A stretch of 59,274 nucleotides of DNA from an uncultured Desulfobacterales bacterium (lineage in GTDB: Bacteria > Desulfobacterota > Desulfobacteria > Desulfobacterales > C00003060). The notes under the pieces are model-generated. The model saw only the letters and a program-made list of their open reading frames with translations. It had not been told where the DNA came from and did not search any database. The DNA lies in contig CAZCWQ010000004.1 in NCBI GenBank assembly GCA_964502365.1, positions 1-59,274 on the forward strand, read 5' to 3'. This document shows, piece after piece, positions 49,695 to 57,590 of the stretch. A program made the translations under genes and the position numbers. The first letter of the stretch is position 1. Each line of letters starts with the position of its first letter.

Positions 49695-51545
49695 ATGTGT
49701 CTTTACAAAACCATAGCCCCAGACTCGGTAAGAAAAGACTTGGCCCATGACGGCGTTGATTCATTACCTAGGACAGAGGCAAAAAGCATCTTTGAAAAAT
49801 GCATCAACTGTGAGCTCTGCCAAAAGGAGTGCCAACTCCTCAGAAAGTACGGCAAGCCCAAGGATATTGCAGAATCCTATAACCCTTCTGATAATGACCA
49901 TCAGGCTGTGCCCTTTGAGTGCAGCCTTTGCCAGCTTTGTGCTGCGGTGTGTCCCGTGGATGTCAATCCTGGCAACATGTTCCTGGAGATGCGCCGGGGG
50001 TTGGTAAACCAGAGGAATGGGGACTATCCAGAATATTCCACTATCCTCGGGTACGAACGGCGGGGAACGTCCCGTCGCTATACCTACTATGCTATTCCTG
50101 CTGGTTGTGACACCATCTTTTTTCCAGGTTGTACCCTCCTGGGCACCAGGCCAGACAAGACATCAGAACTCTATGATCACATGAAAAAGGACATTCCCGC
50201 ACTGGGGATCGTCCTCGACTGCTGCACAAAGCCCTCACATGACCTTGGTCGACAAGATTATTTCAATGCTATGTTTGATGAAATGAAAGGTTTTCTTATA
50301 AGAAACGGCGTTTCAAGAGTTCTCGTTGCATGTCCCGACTGTTATGATGTCTTCAGAAAGTACGGCGAGGAGCTCTCTGTCAGAACAGTCTATGAGTTCA
50401 TGGTAGAAAACGGTTTGCCGAACAAAGAAGAAGTGAATGGAACTGTGACCATTCACGATCCATGTGTTATCAGGTGGGAAGAGGCCATTCATTCTGCTGT
50501 CAGAGATCTGTGTACAAGAAAGGGACTAACCATCGAAGAGATGCCCCATCATGGGAAAACAACAATGTGCTGTGGGGAAGGGGGCGCGGTCGGTTGCGTG
50601 TCACCCCATCTTGCAAACAAATGGGGAGCTCTCATCAAGAAGGAAGCTAATGGCAGGAGGATTGTTACTTATTGTGCTGGGTGTGCAAATTTGTTAGATG
50701 CCATAACACCCACCAGCCATGTCCTGGATGTCTTATTTGAGCCGGAAACCACACTGTCTGGCAAAGCCAAGGTTTCCAAGTCGCCGGTTACCTACCTGAA
50801 CCGGCTAAGGCTGAAGAAGCGGCTCAAGAATACGGTCAATGCTTCAGTAACACGGGAGAGGACATTCACTGGGGGGGAGGAAAAGAAAAAAGGAACAGTG
50901 ATTAAGCGCGTCTTTTTTCTTTTGGCTATCCTGACTGCGATTCTGGCAGTGCGGTTCACAGGTGCAGCACATTACCTGCAACAAGAGACGCTCAGGCAGT
51001 GGATTCAGGGTTATGGAGCACTGGCTCCGGTTGTTTACATGCTCATATACACGGTTGCACCGGCCCTCTTTTTGCCTGCCCTTCCCATCACCATAGTGGG
51101 CGGAGTCCTCTTTGGCCCGTTCTGGGGCGTGGTTTACACTATCACCAGTGCTACCTCAGGTGCTTGTGTGGCCTTCATCATATCACGTTACATAGCCAGG
51201 GAATGGATCGAGGAAAAGCTGAAAAGTCCGAAATGGCATCAGCTTGACGAGGGGGTGCAACGGCATGGATGGAAGGTTGTTGCCTTCACCCGTCTGATAC
51301 CGTTGTTTCCTTTTAACCTGCTTAATTACGCCTTCGGCCTTACGAAAATAAGATTTATCCACTATGCCATAACGACATTCATCTGCATGCTCCCAGCCTG
51401 CATTGCATATGTTGTCTTTTCAAGCTCGCTGCTCGATGTGATAAAAGGAAGGATATCTCCCGCATTTATTGCCGGGATGGGTCTCATTGTGCTGGTCTCG
51501 TCAGTGCCCATTTTTTACAGACGCTACAAGGCAAAAAAAGGATGA
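49695..51545 (+). CDS. Fusion protein: 2x[4Fe-4S] ferredoxin motifs plus two CCG Cys-rich domains (HdrD/GlpC/LldE-like) plus a C-terminal TVP38/DedA (SNARE-associated) membrane domain
   Basis: The ferredoxin motifs are CINCELCQKEC and CSLCQLCAAVCP. The CCG-type motifs are ...PGCTL...DCCTKP... and HDPCV...MCCGEGG...YCAGC. From about aa 400 there are TM helices and the TVP38 signatures GVLFGPFWG and FTRLIPLFPFNLLNYAFG. Confidence 0.8.
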   Translation: MCLYKTIAPDSVRKDLAHDGVDSLPRTEAKSIFEKCINCELCQKECQLLRKYGKPKDIAESYNPSDNDHQAVPFECSLCQLCAAVCPVDVNPGNMFLEMRRGLVNQRNGDYPEYSTILGYERRGTSRRYTYYAIPAGCDTIFFPGCTLLGTRPDKTSELYDHMKKDIPALGIVLDCCTKPSHDLGRQDYFNAMFDEMKGFLIRNGVSRVLVACPDCYDVFRKYGEELSVRTVYEFMVENGLPNKEEVNGTVTIHDPCVIRWEEAIHSAVRDLCTRKGLTIEEMPHHGKTTMCCGEGGAVGCVSPHLANKWGALIKKEANGRRIVTYCAGCANLLDAITPTSHVLDVLFEPETTLSGKAKVSKSPVTYLNRLRLKKRLKNTVNASVTRERTFTGGEEKKKGTVIKRVFFLLAILTAILAVRFTGAAHYLQQETLRQWIQGYGALAPVVYMLIYTVAPALFLPALPITIVGGVLFGPFWGVVYTITSATSGACVAFIISRYIAREWIEEKLKSPKWHQLDEGVQRHGWKVVAFTRLIPLFPFNLLNYAFGLTKIRFIHYAITTFICMLPACIAYVVFSSSLLDVIKGRISPAFIAGMGLIVLVSSVPIFYRRYKAKKG

Positions 51546-51640
51546 CAGATCTTTTGTGAGATTCAACCGAGCGATTATAATACAGCCGTCGGTGCACCAG
51601 CCCCGGTAGTTTCGAATCTTGGCTTTGCAGATCACATGCC

Positions 51641-52363
51641 ATGTATTTAGGAAAAACCATAGCCCTGCTTCTTCCGGCAAGAAACGAAGCGGCTGCCTTA
51701 CCTGGCGTCCTTAAGATGGTTCCTCAACAGGTGGATCGAGTCCTAGTGCTTGATAACGCTTCCATAGATTCGACTGCACAGGTAGCAAAGGAACACGGAG
51801 CAGAGGTTGTCATAGAGAATAAGCCGGGATATGGGCGAGCCTGTCTGCGAGGGTTAAAGTTTCTCGAAACCAATCCTCCTGACATTGTAGCCTTTGCGGA
51901 TGCAGACGGCAGTGACAATCTTTCTTTCCTGCCTGAGATGCTCAAGCCCCTTGTTAAAGGAGACTCTGATCTGGCATTAGCTTGCCGGATCCCTGATAGT
52001 CACGACGCCATGAGTGCTCAGCAACGCCTGGGCAACTGGCTGGCCACTCAGCTCATACGCCTTTTCTGGCGCCATGTGTACAATGACCTTGGACCCATGC
52101 GGGCCATTGCATGGAAGGCCCTTTCTGAGCTCCATATGAGGGATCCGAACTACGGGTGGACTGTGGAAATGCAGATAAGAGCCCTCAAGAAGCGGTTGCG
52201 GGTAAGGGAATACCCAGTCTTGTACTACAAAAGGGCCGCAGGCCGTTCGAAAGTCAGCGGTTCCTTGGTGGGCAGCCTTCGGGCTGGAATAAAGATACTG
52301 TGGATCATCGGGCGGGAAGCCATTTTGAGAAAATCCAGCTGGCAACAGTGTGATGTCTCTTAA
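51641..52363 (+). CDS. Family 2 glycosyltransferase (polyprenyl-phosphate glycosyltransferase-like)
   Basis: 240-aa ORF with LLPARNE, LDNASIDST and ADADGSD motifs. Confidence 0.85.
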   Translation: MYLGKTIALLLPARNEAAALPGVLKMVPQQVDRVLVLDNASIDSTAQVAKEHGAEVVIENKPGYGRACLRGLKFLETNPPDIVAFADADGSDNLSFLPEMLKPLVKGDSDLALACRIPDSHDAMSAQQRLGNWLATQLIRLFWRHVYNDLGPMRAIAWKALSELHMRDPNYGWTVEMQIRALKKRLRVREYPVLYYKRAAGRSKVSGSLVGSLRAGIKILWIIGREAILRKSSWQQCDVS

Positions 52364-52368
52364 GTCTT

Positions 52369-53850
52369 TCATCCGGTCGTCAATAGACTATTTTGCCGTG
52401 CCACTGACCTGTAGATTGTAATAAGAACGAAGGCTGCTACCGGTCCTATCCACGTCATGAATGCAGTTACGTCACCTTCAACCCATTGTCCACCCAAGGC
52501 ATAGGGTATAAGGACACGATATCCCAGGAAGACTGACCAAGTAAATATTAATCCTGCTGGCCCTGCAACAAAAGGGAGAAAACAGACCAGATATAATGCG
52601 TACCAAGGATGAAGGGTGGGCGTGAAAAGCAAGAACGTTATCATGATATTGTATAGCACTGAAAAAAGCATTGAAATTATTTGCTTGCTGGCACACTGGG
52701 TGTCGTATTCCAATTTCTTAAGGTAAAGCTTAACATATAGAAAAATTGTCGCTGTGAGAAAGGCGGAGCCCAGAGCCAACCTAGCAGCATTTCCGGAGAC
52801 CATTAAACGCCGCAAACTTCGATAGGCAAAGCTGCCAAATTCCCAGTGCTTGGCGTATTCTCTCAGAGTGCCGAGGGCATTTAGGACATCGGGAAAGAAA
52901 GGGAGTGTCAACAATAAGAATCCAATCATGATGCCTATCATTGCAAATGTCAGGCATCGTCTAGGCAATAGGATCAGACATCCTGGTATGAAAATGAGGG
53001 CGAAGAGTTTAACGAAACCTGCACAGGCAAGAGCCAAACCTGCAAACAAAAATAAATGGATTCTAGTTGATAACAAATGACCGTGGACTAAAGAAACTAA
53101 GCCATGGGAGTTATTAGTAGACCGCAAAGCAGCTATCAAGGTCAAGAAGCCAAGAAGAAAAAACAGTAACCCGGCCCCGTCTACATGACCTGAAGCGGCA
53201 ATTTCAAGGACCGGCAGGGGGTGCCATGCATAGAGGGCGGCCCGCCAAGCTGGGAGTTCCAGAGTAGAGAGCAGCCGCAGGATTACAGCGCATGTTGCCA
53301 GGTCCATAGCCACCAGCATGGATTTAAGGCCCAGTACGCTGCTGCCTAATGCGGATCCTGCCATGAATATGAGTTGAGCCGCAGGAGGATAAATGGTGAC
53401 TAGGTCTGGGTGGTTAACTTGTTCCAACAAATTGACTAGGATGCCACCCAGAGGTTGGCTGTCTGCGGGAGGAAGAGAATAAGGATTGTGCCCTGACAGG
53501 GTCTGAAGTCCGTCCCATAAGTATCGATAGATATCATCTGAGAGTTCAGGTGATCGAAACCAAAAAATGAGGCGAAGGCATACAGCCACAAGCATGATCA
53601 TACAAGGCGTCCATTTGATTGCTTGCTTTTCTCCCAAATACAGAGCAATAGCGAGAAGAACAGTCACGTTAGCCGTGACACCAGTGAGAGTGGGAACAGC
53701 GAGCCGCAAATCTGCCTTAATAGCTAATAAACCATAGGAGGCCACGATGAGAAAAGGTATTCCCCACGTGAGCCAGAAGTTCGTCCTCATCTTATCGAGT
53801 ATTTTAGTACCGTCCATCTTGATGCCGTGCGTTTTTCCGGCAGAATGCAA
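52369..53850 (-). CDS. Polytopic GT-C-type glycosyltransferase (DUF2029/GT87-like); the true start may be an internal Met (about 53790)
   Basis: 493-aa ORF with more than 10 TM segments. The first loop has an Asp-containing motif (SDDIYRYLWDG) typical of lipid-linked-sugar-dependent GT-C enzymes. Confidence 0.65.
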   Translation of the reverse strand: MHSAGKTHGIKMDGTKILDKMRTNFWLTWGIPFLIVASYGLLAIKADLRLAVPTLTGVTANVTVLLAIALYLGEKQAIKWTPCMIMLVAVCLRLIFWFRSPELSDDIYRYLWDGLQTLSGHNPYSLPPADSQPLGGILVNLLEQVNHPDLVTIYPPAAQLIFMAGSALGSSVLGLKSMLVAMDLATCAVILRLLSTLELPAWRAALYAWHPLPVLEIAASGHVDGAGLLFFLLGFLTLIAALRSTNNSHGLVSLVHGHLLSTRIHLFLFAGLALACAGFVKLFALIFIPGCLILLPRRCLTFAMIGIMIGFLLLTLPFFPDVLNALGTLREYAKHWEFGSFAYRSLRRLMVSGNAARLALGSAFLTATIFLYVKLYLKKLEYDTQCASKQIISMLFSVLYNIMITFLLFTPTLHPWYALYLVCFLPFVAGPAGLIFTWSVFLGYRVLIPYALGGQWVEGDVTAFMTWIGPVAAFVLITIYRSVARQNSLLTTG

Positions 53851-54643
53851 TGGGGCTGCAACTTATGACCTTGCTCTTATCGAACCAGCGACTCTCAACC
53901 GCAACCTTTCAGATTGGATCGTCCTCGATGCTCGTCCGAAAACCGAATGGCGAACTTCACATATACATGGTGCCATGTCGTTTTCCTGGGAAGACTATAC
54001 TTCAACGGACAAGAAAAATATACCTTACAGGATCTGGTCGCCAGAAAAGATAGCTGCGGCCCTGGGAAACATGGGAATTAGTGAAAGCAGTCGAATCGTA
54101 GTGTATGGAGATGCGGACACAAGCTGGGGGGGAGAAGGATGGGTGTGTTGGGTATTCACATGGCTGGGGCATCAGGGACCCATCCGTGTGCTCGCCGGGG
54201 GGATCCAGTCCTGGAAAAAGCATGGCTTTCCCATGGGGCCACATGTTAGACAGACGGCAGGTGTACCAGTGGAGTACAGATTCAAAGTGAGGCCACAAGT
54301 CAATATCACAACAAATGAGATTGAGCAGGAAAAATCGAACATCGTACTGGTTGACACGCGTTCAACCCTTGAGTGGATCAAAGGACATCTCCCAGGCGCG
54401 GTTCATGTAAAGTGGAACCGATTCTACTCGGGAAAGGATCGACGTCCCCTGAGCTCCAATGAGATGAGAGACCTTTTGCACCGGCATAAGGTTGGCCAAC
54501 AGAAACCAGTAGTTTATTACTGCACGGGCGGGATTCGATCGGCATATGCTTGGCTGGTGCATACGTTATCCGGAATGCCACCAGCACGCAACTACGAGGG
54601 GGGAACGGAAGCCTGGAAGCGTCTTTCTTCCGATTCCGGTTAG
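53747..54643 (+). CDS. Two-domain rhodanese sulfurtransferase (SseA/TST-like)
   Basis: 298-aa ORF. The N-terminal domain is inactive (YGDADTSWG) and the C-terminal active loop is YCTGGIRS. A hydrophobic N-terminus suggests export. The start is uncertain because it overlaps the divergent gene. Confidence 0.8.
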   Translation: MRKGIPHVSQKFVLILSSILVPSILMPCVFPAECNGAATYDLALIEPATLNRNLSDWIVLDARPKTEWRTSHIHGAMSFSWEDYTSTDKKNIPYRIWSPEKIAAALGNMGISESSRIVVYGDADTSWGGEGWVCWVFTWLGHQGPIRVLAGGIQSWKKHGFPMGPHVRQTAGVPVEYRFKVRPQVNITTNEIEQEKSNIVLVDTRSTLEWIKGHLPGAVHVKWNRFYSGKDRRPLSSNEMRDLLHRHKVGQQKPVVYYCTGGIRSAYAWLVHTLSGMPPARNYEGGTEAWKRLSSDSG

Positions 54644-54707
54644 CTTCTTATTTTCCCATGAACCCTTCATTATTATATTACTGTTGCTTTAGTCACTTTT
54701 AACACTC

Positions 54708-54736
54708 TTGACTTGGCCTATTCAGCACCCTATATT
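54708..54736 (+). promoter_or_regulatory. Near-consensus sigma70-type promoter TTGACT-17 nt-TATATT
   Basis: TTGACT is at 54708-54713 and TATATT at 54731-54736. The site is about 55 nt upstream of the ATG at 54791. Confidence 0.55.
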
Positions 54737-54790
54737 GCGTTTCACAAAGTGCGTGAAGAACTTTTAGACTTTGGGAAAGGAGGTGTTAAT

Positions 54791-55051
54791 ATGGAAGGAA
54801 AACATGAACACAGGCACCTGCATTCTCACGAGCACACCCATCTTCACACCCATGAGCACCGGCACGGGGATGAGGTCCACAACCACGAACACTCACACGC
54901 GCACACCCACGAACACGAGCACGAACATTCCCACGAGCATTCTCATCCTGGAGACAAGCATGTGCATAACCACGATCACAGCGGAGACCACGGCACCCAC
55001 GACCATGTCCATCCAGGTCATGAAGCTGAAGTGCACGATCACACGCACTGA
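54791..55051 (+). CDS. Histidine-rich small protein (putative metal-binding or metal-storage protein)
   Basis: 86 aa, roughly 40 percent His by eye, with HEH/HxH repeats (HEHTHLHTHEHRH...HTHEHEHEHSHEHSH). AAGGAGG lies 7 nt upstream of the ATG. Confidence 0.75.
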   Translation: MEGKHEHRHLHSHEHTHLHTHEHRHGDEVHNHEHSHAHTHEHEHEHSHEHSHPGDKHVHNHDHSGDHGTHDHVHPGHEAEVHDHTH

Positions 55052-55073
55052 GTCTCTGCACAACTGGCTTTCA

Positions 55074-55110
55074 AGAAAGGGCGAACCCACAAGGTTCACC
55101 CTTTCTGCTT
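55074..55110 (+). terminator. Strong hairpin after the His-rich gene (terminator or attenuator)
   Basis: AGAAAGGGCGAACC cacaa GGTTCACCCTTTCT pairs at 13 of 14 positions. GCTT follows it. Confidence 0.5.
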
Positions 55111-55149
55111 GTGGAATACTTATTCCATTCGTAACATGGAGTGGCTAAT

Positions 55150-56169
55150 ATGCAAATAGATCCTAAGGTCACGGACATTGTTGCCAAGGTATTGGATGGT
55201 CACCTTCTTACACGGGATGAAATCGACTTTGCTCTGAAAATTCCTGCTCATTCTCCTGAGGCTGGCCTTGTAATGGCGGCTGCTGACGCAATTAATCGTG
55301 CAGCCTCAAAGGGCAAGGCTGAAGTTCACGCTCAAATAGGTGTTAATCTGTCACCTTGCCCGAACAACTGTTCATTTTGTGCATTTGCTGCCAAGAATAA
55401 GGTCTTCAAAGAAAGAAATGAACTTAGCGCAGACAATGTTACTAAACTGGCGCTGATAGCAGAGCGAGACGGAGCTAACGCGATATTTTTCATGACTACC
55501 GCTGATTATCCCTTTGGTAAATTCGTAGAGATATCAAAGGAAGTCAGGACAGTACTTGCGCCGCACACGGTCATGATAGCCAATATTGGCGACTTTAATT
55601 ATGAAGAAGGTAAGCGGCTGAAGGATGTGGGTTATGCGGGCATATATCACGCTGTGAGAATGGGCGAAGGGGAAGAAACCAAGATCGATCCCAAGACCCG
55701 ACTTAATACTCTTAGAGCTGGTCGTGACGCTGGGCTGTTGATCGGCACATGTGTGGAACCTGTAGGTCCGGAACACTCCATAGAGGAGATTGCCGAAAAG
55801 ATTCTCATAGGACGGGGCATGACACCCTGTTACAGCGGTGCCATGCGGAGAATCAGTATACCGGGCTCTGAAATGGAGAAATATGGAATGATAAGCGAGT
55901 ACCATTTGGCATTTCTGGTTGCCGTTGTTCGATTGGCCATGGGCAAGGAGGTTATTGGAAACTGCACTCATGAACCTAACGTGCTGGGGGCAACATCTGG
56001 GGCCAACCTATTTTGGGCCGAAGTAGGTGCCAATCCCCGCGATACGGAGGTTGAGACTTCCAAGGGGCGAGGATCGGGCGTGGGATCGTGTGTTAAAATG
56101 TTCAAAGAAGCTGATTTTGACATACTTCAGGGGTCATCAGTTATTTACAGCAACAACCATCGTGGCTAA
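55150..56169 (+). CDS. Radical SAM protein, BioB-like family
   Basis: It has the CPNNCSFC (CX3CX2C) motif and a TIM-barrel-like length. The ATG at 55150 lies 8 nt after GGAG. Confidence 0.85.
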   Translation: MQIDPKVTDIVAKVLDGHLLTRDEIDFALKIPAHSPEAGLVMAAADAINRAASKGKAEVHAQIGVNLSPCPNNCSFCAFAAKNKVFKERNELSADNVTKLALIAERDGANAIFFMTTADYPFGKFVEISKEVRTVLAPHTVMIANIGDFNYEEGKRLKDVGYAGIYHAVRMGEGEETKIDPKTRLNTLRAGRDAGLLIGTCVEPVGPEHSIEEIAEKILIGRGMTPCYSGAMRRISIPGSEMEKYGMISEYHLAFLVAVVRLAMGKEVIGNCTHEPNVLGATSGANLFWAEVGANPRDTEVETSKGRGSGVGSCVKMFKEADFDILQGSSVIYSNNHRG

Positions 56170-56375
56170 AAGTAAGAGTGCAAGATTCCTGGAGATCATT
56201 CCGCCATGTATGATTGGAAGGTATTCAGGGCGATCCAAACCCACGGCTATCTGAACCTAGCCCCTTATTGCCAACGAAACACTCTCTAGTTCTTGGAGCC
56301 CATGGGTAGAGTCGGCAGTCTGGACTCGGTTTAGAAGAAAGGGTTGTAGCCAAGTGCCTCTATCCCAGATGTCCA

Positions 56376-56825
56376 GTGAGCGGGACGAACATCAACTGTC
56401 CGCCTCACACGCCTGATCCAGAACGGATCAGACAAATAGTCCAAGAATTTCAATACGCTGTTTTCTTCAAAGTGGATGGACCCTATGAGAAAGACAGTGG
56501 GAGCATCCAGGAGATGAAGCTGAAGAACCTTGAGATTTTATCAAAAATCGAGGCCCAAGCATATTATGATGGCTACTATCTGGCTGTTGGGTTTGGCGGA
56601 GCATCGTGTAAAACTACCCTTTGCTCTGACGAGGATTGCAGGGCTTTGCAGCCCGGGAACTCATGTAGACATCCGTTAAAGGGAAGGCCTTCTATGCACG
56701 CAGTAGGGATGGATGCTTACAAAATGGCAACCCGGGCAGATTGGAATATCTATCCGATTGGAAAAGCGACGGTGCCATCTGAAGTACCATTCGTCTCCCA
56801 CTTGGGACTCATCCTCCTCTATTGA
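56376..56825 (+). CDS. DUF2284-like Cys-rich metal-binding protein, apparently N-terminally disrupted
   Basis: 149-aa ORF (GTG) beginning within a ...C....C........CPP motif. The two upstream Cys codons lie in frame before the GTG but behind a TAG at 56307. A plausible N-terminus (MYDWKVFRAIQTHGY...) is in another frame at 56206. Confidence 0.5.
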   Translation: MSGTNINCPPHTPDPERIRQIVQEFQYAVFFKVDGPYEKDSGSIQEMKLKNLEILSKIEAQAYYDGYYLAVGFGGASCKTTLCSDEDCRALQPGNSCRHPLKGRPSMHAVGMDAYKMATRADWNIYPIGKATVPSEVPFVSHLGLILLY

Positions 56826-56839
56826 AGAAGAAACTCCGC

Positions 56840-57124
56840 TCAGGTATTTTGAGCCAATAAGCCTGCGCCATAGGCGCCCACGATCTGCGGATCTTCTGGC
56901 ACTGCGATTGTCTTCTCCATCGTTTCTTCCAGCAGGCTGTGCATGCATACGTTTCGCCCCACGCCTCCGGCAAAGACGATGGGTTCATCCAATGAAACCC
57001 TCCTCAGCATCCCGGCCACCTGGCGCACCACGGACCGGTGCAAGCCCAGGGCTTGTTGACCAAACCGGAATAGCCCGGCGCCACCAAAACCAACGACTAC
57101 TATAATGGCGACATCGTGGTACAT
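56840..57124 (-). pseudogene. C-terminal remnant of a BcrA/HgdC-type activase ATPase
   Basis: Only the last ~70 aa (GLHRSVVRQVAGMLRRV...PIVFAGGVGRN...VPEDPQIVGAYGAGLLA) match the activase family. No ATPase N-terminal domains lie upstream. Confidence 0.6.
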
Positions 57125-57262
57125 CGCTTCCCTGAGCCTTGAAAATGTTTTTCCGCCAATATCACCTGGACCTTAAAGAAGCAGCCCACGCATAAGCAGA
57201 AAGGGCAGGAAGGACAGGTCTTGCAGTAACAGGGAAACGACTTGGGAGCAGTTGGGCGACAT

Positions 57263-57502
57263 TTACTCACATGCCATGCTAAGTCTTTGTGACCCCATCA
57301 ATCTGTGAATGATAACCTCCGGGGTCATAGCAAAGCAGTCTTCGCAGAGGCAAAGCTGAATAGGCAAGCCGTCAAGTTCAAATCTAGAAAGATGAACAGC
57401 TGGCCTTTGGCAGTCCATGTTAAAGCAACGAAGGCTAAATCCGGATCGGGGCAACTCAGAATGAAATGTTTCGATTACCATGAAGGCCTCTTTGAAATAC
57501 AT
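57263..57502 (-). CDS. Small Cys-rich hypothetical protein (weak call)
   Basis: 79-aa ORF with C..C ... C.C..C spacing suggestive of a zinc ribbon. No RBS or homology is evident. Confidence 0.3.
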   Translation of the reverse strand: MYFKEAFMVIETFHSELPRSGFSLRCFNMDCQRPAVHLSRFELDGLPIQLCLCEDCFAMTPEVIIHRLMGSQRLSMACE

Positions 57503-57560
57503 TGTTCACGCCGTAAGTCAGGCTTTGTACCATTTTGTAGGTCATATCCGCTCCGCGAAA

Positions 57561-57590
57561 GGGGCAGAACATGCGCTCATGTTCTGCCCC
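57561..57590 (-). terminator. Perfect 13-bp hairpin GGGGCAGAACATG cgct CATGTTCTGCCCC
   Basis: Read directly from the sequence. On the minus strand it is followed by TTTCG. No annotated gene ends here. Confidence 0.4.

Noticed and set aside
49686-49697. Possible upstream extension of the FeS-CCG-DedA ORF through the in-frame TGA at 49686
   Set aside because: A TAG lies in frame only four codons further upstream (49674). There is no coding sequence for a Sec codon to join.
54771-55148. Alternative-frame ORFs over the His-rich gene (54771-55148 +, 54786-55061 -, 54893-55099 -)
   Set aside because: They are artefacts of the CAC/GAG-rich repeat DNA. Only the 54791 frame has a strong RBS and promoter.
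56307-56309. In-frame TAG in the DUF2284 reading frame as a pyrrolysine codon
   Set aside because: There are no pyl genes or methylamine methyltransferases in the window. The upstream in-frame sequence is Pro-rich and not protein-like, and a better N-terminus sits in another frame. Frameshift plus pseudogenisation is more parsimonious.
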